64,000 nucleotides of DNA. Source: the human T2T-CHM13v2.0 reference genome, Homo sapiens. How positions within the stretch are numbered: position 1 is the first letter of the stretch; each line of letters starts with the position of its first letter. The notes beneath the pieces are model-generated. The model saw only the letters and a program-made list of their open reading frames with translations, had not been told where the DNA came from and did not search any database. This document shows, in pieces, positions 28,407 to 48,939 of the stretch. Where the stretch lies: assembly GCF_009914755.1 (NCBI RefSeq), contig NC_060947.1. One strand, 5' to 3'. The translations under genes and the position numbers were made by a program.

Positions 28407-28643
28407 ATGGCGGGCAACCCTCCCCCAGCCTCGCTGCCGCCTTGCAGTTTGATCTCAGACTGCTGTGCTAGCAATCAGCGAGACTCCGTGGGCGTAGGAC
28501 CCTCCGTGCCAGGTGCGGGATATAATCTCGTGGTGCGCCGTTTTTTAAGCCGGTCCGAAAAGCGCAATATTTGGGTGGGAGTTATCCGATTTTCCAGGTG
28601 CGTCTGTCACCCCTTTCTTTCACTTGGAAAGGGAACTCCCTGA
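28407..28643 (+). CDS. L1 antisense ORF0 of copy A, intact ATG, 78 aa
   Basis: MAGNPPPASLPPCSLISDCCASNQRDSVGVGP...RFSRCVCHPFLSLGKGTP matches primate L1 ORF0. Confidence 0.6.
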   Translation: MAGNPPPASLPPCSLISDCCASNQRDSVGVGPSVPGAGYNLVVRRFLSRSEKRNIWVGVIRFSRCVCHPFLSLGKGTP

Positions 28644-28928
28644 CCCCTTGCGCTTCCCAAGTGAGGCAATGCCTCGCCCTGCTTCAGCTCGCGCATGGTG
28701 CGCACACCCACTGACCTGCGCCCACTGTCTGGCACTCCCTAGTGAGATGAACCCGGTACCTCAGATGGAAATGCAGAAATCACCCGTCTTCTGCGTCGCT
28801 CACGCTGGGAGCTGTAGACCGGAGCTGTTCCTATTCGGCCATCTTGGCTCCTCCGCCCTGTTTTGTAGCTTTCATTGTATCATTTTTTTCCCATCCTTGG
28901 TTAGGTTTTCCCTAAGTATTTTATTTTT

Positions 28929-34987
<6,059 letters not shown>

Positions 34988-35039
34988 TTTTATTTTTTAA
35001 GAATATTTTTGATAAATAGAGAGACAAGGCCAGGTTTAG

Positions 35040-36780
35040 TTATAACTGCTATATCTTCCTGTCAAGTTGATCCTCATCATTTTATAGTGACCTTTTTGTT
35101 TCTTGACAAAAAGTGTTTTGAATTGAAGCCCATTTTGTCTGATTAAGTGTAGCTACCCCTACTTTCTTTTAGTTACTATTTACATGGGATATATATTCCT
35201 ATCTCTTTGCTTTCATTATATGTGTCCTTAAGACTAAAGTGAATCTCATATATAGCATTTCACTGGATCTTACTTTTTAAAATTCATTCAGCCAGTCTCT
35301 GGCTTTTGTGAATTTGTAATGAGTATTTTTGGAATTATTTTTGGGAATTTCATAGATCTCCATTTGTTTTGAGTTGTTTACTGGAAATTTATTATGTTCC
35401 TTTGGTGGCGGGGGATCATGTTTTCTGATTTTTCATATTCCTTGTAGCCTTGCATTGTGTTCTGTACATTTGAAGAAGTCACTTCTTGAAGCCTTTACAG
35501 AGTAGATTCTATAGGGAAAGATTTTCTCCTGCAAGTGGGTATGAGGGTACTGGTTGGGTAGGGTGCATATCAATGCCAGATTAGAACCAGGTCTGGGTTT
35601 GCAAGGGGACATCAATTATGGGGGTGTGCAGGGGCACCAGGTGCAGGAGCATACAGAGGCAACAGGTCTGAGGTGTGGGTGTGGGTGCATGTGGTGGAGC
35701 CAAGGCTTGGGACAGGTGTTGTGTTACTGACTCTAGAAGAGTGCACACCAGCTGCAGCTCTAGGAGTATGCAGTGGTGTAGAGTCCAAGCAACTCTGGAT
35801 GGTGGGGTCTGCATTGGCAAAGACTGTAGAAGTCCTCGGCAGTGAATGCTGCAGAGGTCCTTGGTAGTGGCAAGGGCTGCTGAGGTTCTCTTGCTTTCAT
35901 TTCCCCTCTGGGAGACCTTATGGTTGAGGTGATTACTCTTTGTACTGAGCTATGCTAGCCTGGGGTACAGGAGGACAAGGATAAAATTCTTCCTACCCTT
36001 TTCTATGTGGCCATCCTTAGTTTTTGTGTTCCGCTGGTTTGCTACAGATTTGTTATTGTACTCAGGAGCACTCCCAGAGATATTTTTGTCTATGGATATT
36101 TACATTATTGTTTTTGTTAGAGGATGAGGGCTGGCACGTCCTAGTCTGCCTTCTTACTGACATCACTCCTGGTTCTATTATTGATAGAACAATGTTGAAA
36201 TCTCCAACTGTAATAGTAGATTCATCTATTTCTCTTTGTAATTCTATCAGTTTTTGCTTCACATATTTAGGCACATTTTTGTTAGGTACATGCACATTAA
36301 GGATTGTTATATCTTATTGGAGAATTGACAGTTTTATTATTATGTAATGCTTTTTATTATCCCTGACAGTTTGCCATACTTTGAAGTCTGCTGTGTCGGG
36401 AAATAATATAGCTACTTTCATTTTACTTTGATTAGTATGAGAGTAGTGTATTATTCTCTATTCATTTACTTTTAATCTATTTGTGTGTTTGTATTTAAAG
36501 TGCATTTATTTAGAGAATAAACAGGTTGGGTCTTGCTTTTTGATCTAATCTGACAATTTTTTAATCTTTTAATTGGAATATTTAGACTATTGGCATTCAA
36601 AGTTATTATTGATATATTCAGATTAATATTTACCATATTTGTTACTGTTTTGTGTTTGTTGACCCTGTTTTATTTTTCTATTTTTGCCTTTCACTTTCTT
36701 CTACATTTTATGGTTTTGATTGAGCATTTTACATGATTCCACTTTATCTGCTTTCTTAGAATATTAGTTATACTCTTTTT
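35040..36780 (-). mobile_element. Ancient L1M fragments (endonuclease and 5' regions)
   Basis: ORF 36062..36295(-) KYVKQKLIELQREIDESTITVGDFN resembles L1 EN. Similar EN-like DNA at 35040-35300. Confidence 0.6.
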
Positions 36781-37136
36781 AACTTCAGTTTGTTTTGCTT
36801 TTTACTTGTTCTTAGGACAGAGTGATGATTCTAACATTTTTACATGTTAGGCTGGATTTCCAAAGCCATTTTTTTTTTTACTATCAGATTTTTTATGGTT
36901 AGTTTGCCAACCCTGGTCTAGAAAAAAAACAAGATTCAAATTCCAAAGAGCACAACTATAAACATCAGCACTAGATGGTCAAAGCCTCTTCCATTCTTTG
37001 TAAGAAAATGGATGGATATTGGTGAGGCTGGCGGTGGAAGTCTCAGTGGGCCCAAGGTAGAAGCAGAGAGTTTTCATCCAAGGTACCTTGGGGTGACCAA
37101 ACCAGAGAACAGAATGAGTTGAAACAATGTAGGAAA

Positions 37137-37408
37137 GCCAGAGCGGGGGAGGCCAAGGCAGGCAGATCATGAGATCAGGGAATCGAGACCATCCTGGCTA
37201 ACACGATGAAACCCTGTCTCTACTAAAAATACAAAAAAAAAATTAGCCGGGCGTGGTGGCGAGCGCCTGTAGTCCCAGCTACTCAGGAGGCTGAGGCAGG
37301 AGAATGGTGTGAACCTGGGAGGCGGAGCTTGCAGTTAGCCAAGTTCACGCCACTGCACTCCAGCCTGGGCGACAGAGCAAGACTCCATCTGAAAAAAAAA
37401 AAAAAAAA
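37137..37408 (+). mobile_element. AluY-like element with a short deletion near its 5' end
   Basis: gagaccatcctggctaacac...ggcggagcttgcag and poly(A). 16-bp TSD gaaacaat(g/c)taggaaa at 37121-37136 and 37409-37424. Confidence 0.93.
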
Positions 37409-38639
37409 GAAACAATCTAGGAAAAATGATGGTTAAGGAGGAGGGGGGATTGATTGAAGTTTATTACAACTCAAGGAAGGCTAGAGGCAGGAATTTGAAG
37501 CTGAGACAAAGCCAGACATCCAGAACCAGGGAGATTAAAAGATGAGAGCAAGAATAAATGCAGACAACTTGGAATCAATGGCAGCAACAACTGGAGTGGG
37601 TTGTTGGTGTAGTCGGAAAGAACGAGAGAATGAGAATATGCTTTTAGAGGTGGTGTGAGAGGTCTGAGGTGATTACTAAAATGCCTGTTAGTATATGTAG
37701 CTTAGGTTTATGAGTCAGCCAATGTATGATACTTATGTGGGTCAGTCAGATTAACAGAAAAATGGTAGACATAACCCTTTACTGAGTTGGTGCACACTGT
37801 TCCTAGATTTTCCTGAAGGAAAATTCCGACATATTTTAAAATGTTTTGTGGTAGCAGGAAAGCTCCTATAACTGCTCTTCTAGCTGATATTTGTCCAATT
37901 GTGCTAAGTATTGGAGCTGATTAGTATCAATGGCAGTCAAATACTTATTTCACTATGTATTCTGATTTCCCATATGAAGTTTCCTAGGCAGTTGGAGAGG
38001 CATGGGATGGCATTGATAGGTAGGACCTAGCAGGGAGTGGTGGAATAGATATTAATATAGTTTGGGTGGGAAGCAATTGGAACTTGAAAGGCTGGCATGG
38101 TTTTTCAATAGCCACAAATATTATTGTCAATGTTAGATAATGATGACAGGTCTGAAAAGGAGAAGGCAGCATGCCACACATTTATATCTCCCATGGAGCT
38201 ATTCAGCTGTCTTATAGTATATCTTCTTGGGTGGTTTTTATCCCTTCTGGGTACTATGGGGCCTGACAGGGTTGTAGTATTGCTTAATATTAAGTATGGG
38301 GGAAATTGTGGGTCAGTGTTATAGAAGTCTCTCAATAGTGCTTTTTAGAACCTGGATGTTAAGTGAGATCTTTGGTCAACTTTCAGGTTTTATGAAGTTC
38401 ATGGAAATGAGACACTTCTTTGATAAACAAAGTGGCAATACTAGTTGTGAATGGGAGTTCGGGAAAGGGGATAAAACCTATCATCTTAATGAGGATTCTA
38501 CCACTTCCAATATGGTATCATATCTTTAAGAAGGAGAAAGATCCATGTTGAAGTACAATGAAATGGTATTTAATGGAGAATTTGGTGGTCAAGATAGGAT
38601 AGAATAATACATTTGGGATTGCAGTGCCTGTCCATATAA

Positions 38640-38720
38640 ACACTCTGTGTCCTCAGTCTAAAAGAACCATGCCTGGCATATAGTAGGTGCTTGATAAATA
38701 TCTTTTGCACGAATGAATGA
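38640..38720 (+). mobile_element. L2 3' end remnant
   Basis: cctggcatatagtaggtgcttgataaatatc...gaatgaatga. Confidence 0.6.
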
Positions 38721-39008
38721 TTTTCTTTTCACTTACTAGCCATGTTAAGAGTTTTGAATGGGCTGCAGTGGCTTTTTAAGGTAGTGAAGAAGAACCACGT
38801 ACCTGAAGTTTAGGCTACTCTTTTTATGACATAGAACACTCTTTGAACATTGGGACTAGCTGCTAGTAGTTAGTTGAATAAGCATGTTATGTGAGAAGTT
38901 TCCAAGATTATCCCCGTGTTTTGTGATTTGCTAGAAAGACACACAGGGCTCTGCATATAGTCTTTTATAAATCTTTTTATTATTTAAAAAAAGTGGGGAC
39001 ATAGTGTG

Positions 39009-39048
<40 letters not shown>

Positions 39049-39660
39049 CACACACATATATGTATGCATGTATATGGTACATGAGATGTTTTGATACAGG
39101 CATGCAATGTGAAGTAAGCACATCATGGAGAATGGGCTATCCATTTACTCAAGCATTTGTCGTTTGAATTACAAACAATCCAATTACATTCTTTAAGTTA
39201 TTTAAAAATATACAAGACTTATATTGTGCTAAATATAGCAGGTCTTATTTATCGTATATTTTTTGTACCCTTTAACCATCCCCACCTCCTCCTCAGCCCC
39301 CATACCCTTCCCAGCCTCTAGTAACCATCCTTCTATTCTTTATATCCATGAGTTCAATTGATTTGAGTTTTAGATCTCACAAATAAGCGAGAACATGTGA
39401 TGTTTGCCTTTCTGTGCCTAGCTTATTTCACTTTACATAGTAATCTCCAGTTCTGTCTATGTTGTAAATGATTGGATCTCATTCTTTTTTATGGCTGAAT
39501 AGTACTCCATTGTGTTTATGTACCAAATGTTCTCTATCCATTCATCTGATGGTGGACACATGGGTTGCTTCTAAGTCTTAGCTAATGTAAAAAGTGCTGC
39601 AACAAAAAGTGCAGATATCTCTTTTATATACTGATTTCCTTTCTTTGGGTATATACCCAG

Positions 39661-40534
39661 TGTAGGGAGACCCCCTGAAACTATTGCTATGGAATAAAAG
39701 ATGAAATGCTCCTGATTATTGTAAATACAAAATTGCATGCAGGATTGTGTAAAGACAATGCCAGGTTGGACTGCCAGAATGAGCCAACAGCATGTGATGT
39801 GCTTCCTCCTGCAGAGAGCCTATGAATGGACGTGCAGTCAGGGAGGTTTCATATCACCAAGATTCCTATCCCAGAAAAGCAGATGTTCATAGCTCTGGGA
39901 ATGGATTGCGACCCTTGTGGAGGGCCTATAAATGGACACATGAGGGGTGCCTTTTCATATGGATAAGGTAGGGCTATAAACGCCTTCATCTTGCCATGGC
40001 TCTTCTAGGCCTCTTTAGGGTTAAGACATACTCCCTTCTGAGAATTTCTGGTCTAACCAGTTGTCTAGCTTCACGTCCTGTTTCTATGGATTGTTTGTAA
40101 CCAGCTTTTGCTGCAACTGTTACTGCTGATAAATATCTTGCTAATCATAGGTTATGGAAAGACTGTGTTTCAGTTTTAAGGTTCTGTTAGAAATTACTGA
40201 TACACACACTATATTGTAAATTCTTATCTCTGTATACTGTACTTCTGCATACAGATGTTATGTTAGAGAATTACTTCATCCCCATGTGACCATCTCACAT
40301 CATAATCAAATGACCCTAAATCTCTCACTAACCTACCCCCACCCTCACTAAACTTAATAATAAATGCTGGTATATCCAGTGCATTGGCAGCATCGTGGGA
40401 CCAGAAGGCGGTGACCCCCCTGGACCCAGCTTTCACTATCTTGTGTGTGTCTATTATTTCTTGACCTGCCGATCTGTCTGGGAACAAAGAAAGAGCCCCG
40501 TTGCATTGCGGGCTGCTGGCCCGATCCTGCAATA
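39661..40534 (+). mobile_element. Solo ERV LTR (LTR25-like)
   Basis: Starts tgtagggagaccccctgaaactattgc, contains AATAAA at ~40359, flanked by acccag at 39655-39660 and 40535-40540. Confidence 0.75.
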
Positions 40535-43500
40535 ACCCAGCAGTGGGATTGCTGGATTTTATGGTAGCTCAATTTTCAGTTTTCTGAGGAACCTCCAAAC
40601 TGTTCTCCATAGTGGTTGTGCTGATTTACATTCTCACCAACACTATATGAGGCTTTCTTTTTCCCCACATCCTCACCAGCATTTGTTATTGCCTGTCTTT
40701 AGATATAATTCATTTTAACTGGGATGTGATGATATCACATTATAGTTTTGATTTGCATTGCTCTAATGATCTTTTCGTATGCCTACTTGCCATTTGTATG
40801 TCTTCTTTTGAGAAAGGTCTATCCAAATATTTTGCCCATTTTTTGATGGGATTATTAGATTTTTTTCCGGTAGATTTGTTTGAGCTTCTTATATATTCTG
40901 GTTATAAATCCTTTGTCAGATGGGTAGTTTGCAAATATTTTCTCCCATTCTGTGGGTTGTCTATTCACTCTGTTGATCATATCCTTTACTGTGAAGAAGC
41001 TTTTGTCCATGTTTGACTTGGTTGCCTGTGCTTGTGGGGTATTGCTCAAGAAGACTTTGCCCAGACCAATGTCCTAGAGATCTTATTCAATGTGTTCTTG
41101 TAGTAGCTTCATAGTTTGAGATCTGAGATTTAAGTATTTAATCCATTTTGATTTGATTTTTGTATATGGCAGGAGATAGGGGTCTAGTTTTATTTTTTGT
41201 CATATGGGTATCCAGTTTTCCCAGCACCATTTATCAAAAAGATTGTCTTTCCCTCAGTGTATGCTCTTGGTAACTTTGTCAAAAATGACTTCAATGATGG
41301 GTGGGTGGATGTGTGCCTGGGTTCTGTATTCTGTTCCATTTGTCTGCATGTCTGTTTTTATGCCAGTACCATGCTATTTGGGTTACTATAGTTATGTAGT
41401 ATAATTTGAGTCATATAGTTATGTAGTATAATTTGAGTCAGATAATGTGATTCCTCCGATTTTGTTCATTTTTCTTTGGATAGCTTTGGTTATTCTGGGT
41501 CTTTTGTTATTCCATATAAGTTTTAGAATTTTTTTCTATTGCTGTGAAGAATGTCATTGGTAGTTTGATAAGGATTGCATTGAATCTGTAGATTGCTTTG
41601 GGTAGTATGAACGTTTAAAAAATACTATTTTTCCAATACATGAACATTGAATATCTTTCAATATTTTTGTGTCCTCTTTAATTTCCTTCATCAGTGTTTT
41701 ATAGTTTTCATTATAATAATCTTACACTTCTTTGGTTGAGTTAATTTCTGAGTATTTAATTTCATGTGTAGCTATTGTAAATGGAATTACTTTTTAAATT
41801 TCTTTTTCAGATCGTTCACTGTTGGCATATAGAAATGCTACTGATTTTAGTATGTTGATTTTGTATCCTGAAACTTTACTGAATTTATCAGTTATAACAG
41901 TTTTCCTGTGGAGTCTTAGGATTTTCCAAATATAAGATTATACCATAGCAAACAAGGATAATTTGACTTCTTTCTTTCTAATGTGGATGCTGTTTATATC
42001 TTTCTTTTGTCTGATTGTTCTAGCTAGGATCAGTATGATACTAGCTGTGTGTCTGTCATATGTGGCTTTTATTGTGTTTAGGTGTGCTGCTCCTTCTATA
42101 CACAATTTTTTAAGCGTTTTTATCCTGAGGAGATGTTGAATTTTATCAACTTTTTCAGCATAAATTGAAGTGCTCATATAATTTTTATCCTTTGTTATGT
42201 TGATATGATATACCATATTGATTCATTTGTGTGTATTGAACCATCCTTGCGTCCTAGGGATAAATCTCACTTGGTCATGAGGAATGATCTTTCTAATGTA
42301 TTGTTGAATTCAGTTTGATAGTATTGTTTGAGGATTTTTGCATCAGTATTTATCAGAGATATTGTCCGGTAGTTTTTTTTTTTTTTTTTTAATGTCTTTT
42401 TCTGGTTTGGGTATCATCGTACTACTGGCCTTATAGAATGAGTTTGGATGTATTTCCTCCTCCTCTGTATTTGGGAATAGTTTGAGTAGAATTAGTATTA
42501 GTTCTTCTTTAAACATTTGGTAAAAAACATTTGATAGCTTGTATGTATCTAGGAATTTGCCTATTTCTTCTAGATTTTCCAATTTATTGGCATATAGTTA
42601 CTCCTAGTAACCACTAACAATCTTTTGAATCTCTAACAATCTTTTGAATTTCTGCAGTGTCAGTTGTAATGTCTTCTTTTTCATTTGTGATTTAATTTAC
42701 TTTAATTCCTCTCTTTTTTTCTTAGTCTAGGTAAAACTTTGTCAATTTTGTGTAACTTTTCAAAAACAGCCACTTTTTGTTTCATTGACCTTTTGTATTG
42801 TTTTCTTTATTTCAATTTCATTTATTTCTGCTCTAATCTTTGTTATTTCTTTTTTTGTATTAGTTTTGAGTTTGGTTTGCTCTTTCTTTTCTAGTTCTTT
42901 AAGACGCATCATCAATTTTTTTGTTTGAAGTTTTTTCTCTGTTTTGATGTAGGCACTTATAGCTATAAATTTCCCTCTGAGTACTGCTTTTGCTGTGTCC
43001 CATAGGTTTTGGTGTATTGTGTTTCCATTATTATTTATTTCAAGAAATTTTTCATTTTTTTTCTTAATTTCTTCATTGACCCACTTGTCATTTAGGAGCA
43101 TATTGTTTAATTTCCATGTATTTGTATCATTTCCAAAATTCCTCTTGTTATTTATTTCTAGTTTTATTCCACTGTCTTCAGAGAAGCTACTTGATATTAT
43201 TTCAGTGTTTTTGAATGTATTATGATTTGTGACTTAACATATGGTCTGTCCTTGAGAATGATCCCTGTGCTGAGGAAAAGAATGTGTAGTCTGTAGTTAT
43301 TGGATGAAATGTTCTGTAATTATCTATTAGAACCATTTGGTCTATAGTGCAGATGAAGTTTGATATTTCTTTGTTGATTTTTCTGTCTGGAAGCTTTGTC
43401 CAGTGCTGAAAGTGGGGTGGTGAAGTCTTCAGCTATTATTGTACCAGGTCTTATCTTTCTCTATAGCTCTAGTAATATTTGCTTTATATATCTGAGTGTT

Positions 43501-44399
43501 CCAGTGTTGGGTGCATATATACTTATAATCATTATGTCCTCTTGCTGAATTGACCCCTTTATCATTATGTAGTGATGTTCTTTGTGTCTTCTTATAGCTT
43601 TTGTCTTGAAATCTGTTTTGGCTGACATAAGTATAGCTACTCCTACTTTTTTTTTTTTTTTTTCATTGACATGGAATAACTTTTTCCTCTCCCTTTATAT
43701 TCAGGCTATGTGTGTCTTTATACGTGAAGTGTGTTTCTTGTAGACAACACATCAGTGGGTCTTTTTACTTATTTATTTAGCTAGTCTGTGTCTTTTTGAT
43801 TGGATAATTTTGTCCATTTTCATTCAATGTTATTATTGGTAAGTAAAAACTTACTTTCACCATATTGTTATTTGTTTTCCAGTAGTTTCGTGGTCTTTTC
43901 TTCCTTCCTTCTTTCCTTTGTGTCTTCCTTTAGTGAAGGGGATTTTCTCTGGTGATATGATTTTGTTTCTTGCTTTTTATGTTTTATGTCTCCATTGTAT
44001 GTTTTTAGGTTTGAGGTTGCCATGAAGCTTGCAAATACTATTTTACAACCCATTGTTTTAACCTGATAACTTAACACTGTTAGCATAAACAAACAAATGA
44101 GCAAAATAAAACAAGTAGAAACCTTATGGTTGAACTTCGTCCCTCGCTTTTTAATATTTTGTTGTTTCTATTTATATCTTATTGTATTGGCTATGTCTTG
44201 AAAATTTGTTGTAGTCATTATTTTTGATGGGTTCATTATTTAGTCTTTTTACTTAGGATAAGAGTAGTTTACACACCACAGTTATAGTGTTATAATATTC
44301 TGTGTTCTTCTGTGTACTTACTACTACCAGTGAGTTTTGTGCTTTCAGATGATTATTGCTCATTATTGTCCTTTTATTTCTGGTTGAAATACTGCTCTT

Positions 44400-44908
44400 T
44401 TTATTATTATTATTATTATTTTTTATTATACTTTAAGTTTTAGGGTACATGTGCACGTTGTGCAGGTTAGTTACATATGTATACATGTGTCATGCTGGTG
44501 CGCTGCACCCACTAACTCGTCATCTAGCATTAGGTATATCTCCCCATGCTATCCCTCCCCCCTCCCCCCACCCCACAACAGTCCCCAGAGTGTGATGTTC
44601 CCCTTCCTGTGTCTATGTGATCTCATTGTTCAATTCCCACCTATGAGTGAGAATATGTGGTGTTTGGTTTTTTGTTCTTGCGATCATGCTGCTATAAAGA
44701 CACATGCACATGTATGTTTATTGCGGCATTATTCAGAATAGCAAAGACTTGGAACCAACCCAAATGTCCAACAATGATAGACTGGATTAAGAAAATGTGG
44801 CACATATACACCATGGAATACTATGCAGCCATACAAAATGATGAGTTCATGTCCTTTGTAGGGACATGGATGAAATTAGAAATCATCATTCTCAGTAAAC
44901 TATCGCAA
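44400..44908 (-). mobile_element. Short 5'-inverted (twin-primed) young L1
   Basis: 44400-44684 is the antisense 3' end; 44683-44908 is inverted. 14-bp TSD gaaatactgctctt at 44386-44399 and 44909-44922. Confidence 0.95.
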
Positions 44909-47900
44909 GAAATACTGCTCTTAACATTTCTTATAGGACAGGTCTGGTATTGATGAAATTCCTCAGCTTTTGTTTGTCTGGGAAAGTCCTTATTTCTCCT
45001 TTATGTTTGAAGGATATTTTTTCTGGATATACCTTTCTAGGGTAAAAGTTTTTTTCCTTCAGCACTTTGAATATGTCATGCTACTCTGTCCTGGCCTGTA
45101 AGGTTTCCACTGAAAAGTCTGCTGCAAGGTGTTTTGGAGCTCCATTGTATGTTATTTGTTTCTTTTCTCTTTCTGCTTTTAGGATCCTTTCTTTATCCTT
45201 GACCTTTGGGAGTTTGATTATTAAATGTCTTGAGGTAGTTTTCTTTGGATTAAATCTGCTTGGTATTCTTCAAACTTCTTTTACTTAGATATTGATATCT
45301 TTCTCTGGGTTTGGAAAATTCTCTGTTATGCCTTTGAATAAACTTTCTATTCCTGTCTATTTCTCTACTTCCTGTTTTAGGGCAATAACTCTTAGTTTGT
45401 CCTTTTGAGGTTATTATCTAAGTCCTGTAGGAATGCTTTTATTTGATTTTTCTCAACACAGCTATTTTGAATTCTTTGTCTGAAAAGTCACATATCTCTG
45501 TTTCTCCAGGATTCATCCTGGGCTCTTACTTAGTTCATTTGATAAAGTCATATTTTCCTGGTTGATATTGATGCTAGTAGGTGTTCTTTTTTGTCTGGGC
45601 ATTGAAAGGTTAGGTGTTTATTATAGTCTTCACTCTGGGCTTATTTGTAGCTGCCCTTCTTGGGAAGGTTTTCTAGTATTTGAAAGGACTTGGGTGTCAT
45701 GACCTAAGCTGCTTCTGCTCTAGGGGACACCCCAAATATAGTAACATTGTGGTTTTCACCGACTTATAGAGGTATCCTCTTCATGGTCTTGGACAAGATG
45801 GGGAAGAATTCTCTGAATTACCAGGCAGAGACTTGTTCTCTTCCCTTACTTTCTTCCAAAAAAGAATCTCTCTTTCTAAGCCACCTAAAGCTGGGAATGG
45901 GTGGCACAAGCAACCCTGTGGCCACCACCACTATGGCTATACTGGGTCAGACCTGAAGCCAGCCCAGTGCTGGATCTAGCCTAAGGCCTGCTGTGACCCC
46001 TCCCTTTCTATTTCCTGTGTTCACTCAAAAGTCCTGGGGCTCTACAATCACCAAGTGGCAAAGCTAGCCTGGACTGTGTCCTTCCTTTCAGGGAGGCAAG
46101 GTCCCCCAATTCCCTGGTGGGTCCAGAAGTGCTGTTTGGAATTCACGGACTACAGTCAAATTCCTTTGAAGTCTACCAAGTGTTCTATTGCTTTGTGACT
46201 GTGCTGGCAGTCAAACCACAAAACACATTTTTAAAAACTCTTCCCTCCCCTTTTCAAAGGCAAAGGAACCTCATTTCCTAGCTACTGCCACCCCAGCCCA
46301 CAAAGAGTACTGCCAGACTATTGCTTATACTCCCTTAACACCCAAAGTCTCTTAAGTCAGCTTGTTATGAATGCTCCCTGGCCTGGGACTCACCCTTCAG
46401 GACAATATTCTCACCTTTGGCCCAGGGCAGGTCCAGAAATGCTGTCCAAGATTCAAGTCCTGGAATTGCTCTACCCCACTGTGGCCATGCTGGTACCTAA
46501 TGTGAAAGACAAAGTCCCCTTTCCTTTTTTCTCTGCTTTTCTCAAGCAGATGGAGTTTTGCCCTGTAGCCACCACAGCTGGTCATGTGCTGTGAGTCTCA
46601 CCTGAAGCCAACAAGTCTTAGCCATTCACCCAAGGCGGGTGTCACTGCTCATTATTTAGGGTCGAAGGGCTCTTCAGTTGGCATGTGATAAATGCTGTCA
46701 GGACTGGGTCCTTTCCTTCAAGGCAGCAGGTTCTCTTCTGGCCCAGGGTGTGTTTAGAAATGTCTGGGATCTAGGGCCTAGAATGGGGCCCTTAGGACTC
46801 TGACCAGTGCCCTATCCTGCTGTGGCTTAGCTGGTATCTTAGATGTAAGATAAAGTTCTCCCCTCTCTTCTCTCTCTTCTCCTCAAGTGGAAGGAAGGAG
46901 TCTCTTTTGAAGCCATGAGCTGTGCAGCCTGAAGTTATGGAGGGGTGATGGCAATATTCCCTTGGCTGCCCCAGCTGATGTCTTAGTATGTCATGTGCTC
47001 ACTCAGTTCACTGTCTCCAGGCCTAATTTAGCACTAGAACTCACCTAAGAGTTGCAGTTCTTATGTCCTAGACTGCTTTTCAAGTTTACTTGGGGACACA
47101 GGATTCTATTGTCTTTAGTGGTGAGGTTTGCAGGCACTCAAGTTTGGACTTCTAGAATTGATAATTTTCCTCTGGCAAGGTCTGATTTAAATGCTCCCTT
47201 CGTAAGTGGGCATCAGCTGAGTTTGGTCTGGTTTTCCTTTCTGCTCTAACTGGACATCACTGAGTTCATTGGGTAATAACTGCTGTGTTCTTTTTCCCCC
47301 AGTGCCTAGAGAAGCTCTCTGCACCACTCTGTGGCTGCCAGAGTGGAGGAGGGGTAGCATCAGCAATTCAGGACTTTTGTCTCTTCAGTGCCTCTTTCAA
47401 CAATATGAAGTTAAATCCAGGTACTATGAATGCTCACCTGATTTTTGGTTCTTATGAAGGTATTTTTTTTCTTCTGTGTAGATAGTTGTTAACTTGGTGT
47501 CCTTGTGATGGGGATGATTGGTGGAGCTTTCTATTCCATCATCTTGCCTGCACATAGTTTTATGGACGGTTAAGAGTTATTCTAGTGATGCAATAAGGAT
47601 ACACAACTAGATTATAAAGGAAAAAGACACAGGTGAAGTCTAGAGAAATCCCTGTGCAAGCCTTGTATGCTCTCCTTCTCTAAGAGGGGTGACACAGAGT
47701 GCACATTTAGCCCAGCAATGAAAATGCAGCAACTTGTGTGAAATGATTTCTACCATGGAAGCACACTAGAGACTCAGGACCCAAGATTTTTACTGGGGAC
47801 TAATCACACAAGCACTCCCTGCCTGGCACATGCCAAATTGCCGGATTCAGCAGGAAGGTAGGTGTTCAGCAAAAATCATATAGCTTGCACATATAATCTA

Positions 47901-48939
47901 CAGTGTGCCTCCCTAATAAGTTATCTGTTGACTGAGAATACTCCAGAACCAAGGTTGAAGATGTCAGCTAAGGGCCAACCTTGTAACTAGGCCCTTCTAA
48001 GAATAGCAGTCTCAGGCCTGCTAAATTAAATCTTTATCGCTCACCATTTATCTAATGTGCTATAGCTGAAATTGATAATCAGAATGTTCTCAGGCCAGAT
48101 AATCTTTCAGAATCATATTCCTCTGCTACCTCCTAAGATTGGGGGCCTGTTTTAACTTCAGGATAATAGGAAAAGGGAAAGTTATCTATAAAAGAAAGTC
48201 TACCTCACTTGGTATAGACTGAGTTTTTCTGGCCTCTGATGCTGTAAGTTGTGATAGCTACATTAGACCTCCATGAAATTTTGGGATTTTTCAATGTGAT
48301 ATATTCATGTCTCAGTAATGGCCTTGATCATCAACTTTCTTTTCTCACATTGGGTAGCTGCCTTTAGCCATGACCAACTTTTTTTGAAAATTAGTAACAG
48401 AGAAATAATTTGCCTGGGTAAATGGTTGGATATTCATAGGCCAATATTATGAGATAAAAGTTTTTAGCTCCTGGAGTGCAAAACTATTTTCTGTATAACT
48501 CTTTCCTTTTCTGGAAAAGTAATTTAATGGAGTAGTCATTATGAAAGGATGATAAAGAGCTATCAGTAATATCTAGCAACTCCAGAGCTGCTAAACTTCC
48601 TTGATTGTCTGGAGGGCTTCTTGGTATAGAACTTCTGATGTTCTTTCTAGAATCATGTGGATGCCACGGCTCAACAAGGCATAATTCAAGAGCTTCTCTT
48701 TTATTCTTAAAAGCAAATTTCTCGAGGTTGACCTAGAAGGGAGAGTGGTATACCTGGTCTAAAATCAAGAGTGTCATTCACTTTTAAGGAGATGTGACTT
48801 AGAACTTCCCTTTCCCTGGGAATTTAGGTAAATATAGCTTGAATCCTCAATTTTATAACCTGTGCAAGTCTAGTATTCTCCCCATGATTGCTGTGAATGT
48901 TCAGTCTTATATCTTCCCATATGCCTCTCTGCTATTTAG

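Larger units (their letters stand above)
38966..47547 (-). mobile_element. Old full-length L1MA-like element with internal deletions and nested LTR and L1 inserts
   Basis: 3'UTR at ~39070, ORF2 remnants (LLNDKWVNEEIKK..NLWDTAKAVLRGKFIA), ORF1 and long 5'UTR ending ccatcatcttg at 47546. TSD at 38951-38961 and 47548-47558. Confidence 0.8.
38890..48045. mobile_element. MER21-like LTR split by an L1MA (pieces ~38890-38961 and ~47548-48045)
   Basis: The two pieces join into one continuous MER21-like sequence across the TSD ctgca(t/c)atagt. Confidence 0.55.

Noticed and set aside
41384-41442. Direct repeat tatagttatgtagtataatttgagtca x2
   Set aside because: Simple slippage duplication inside an old L1. 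It is not an array and has no spacers.
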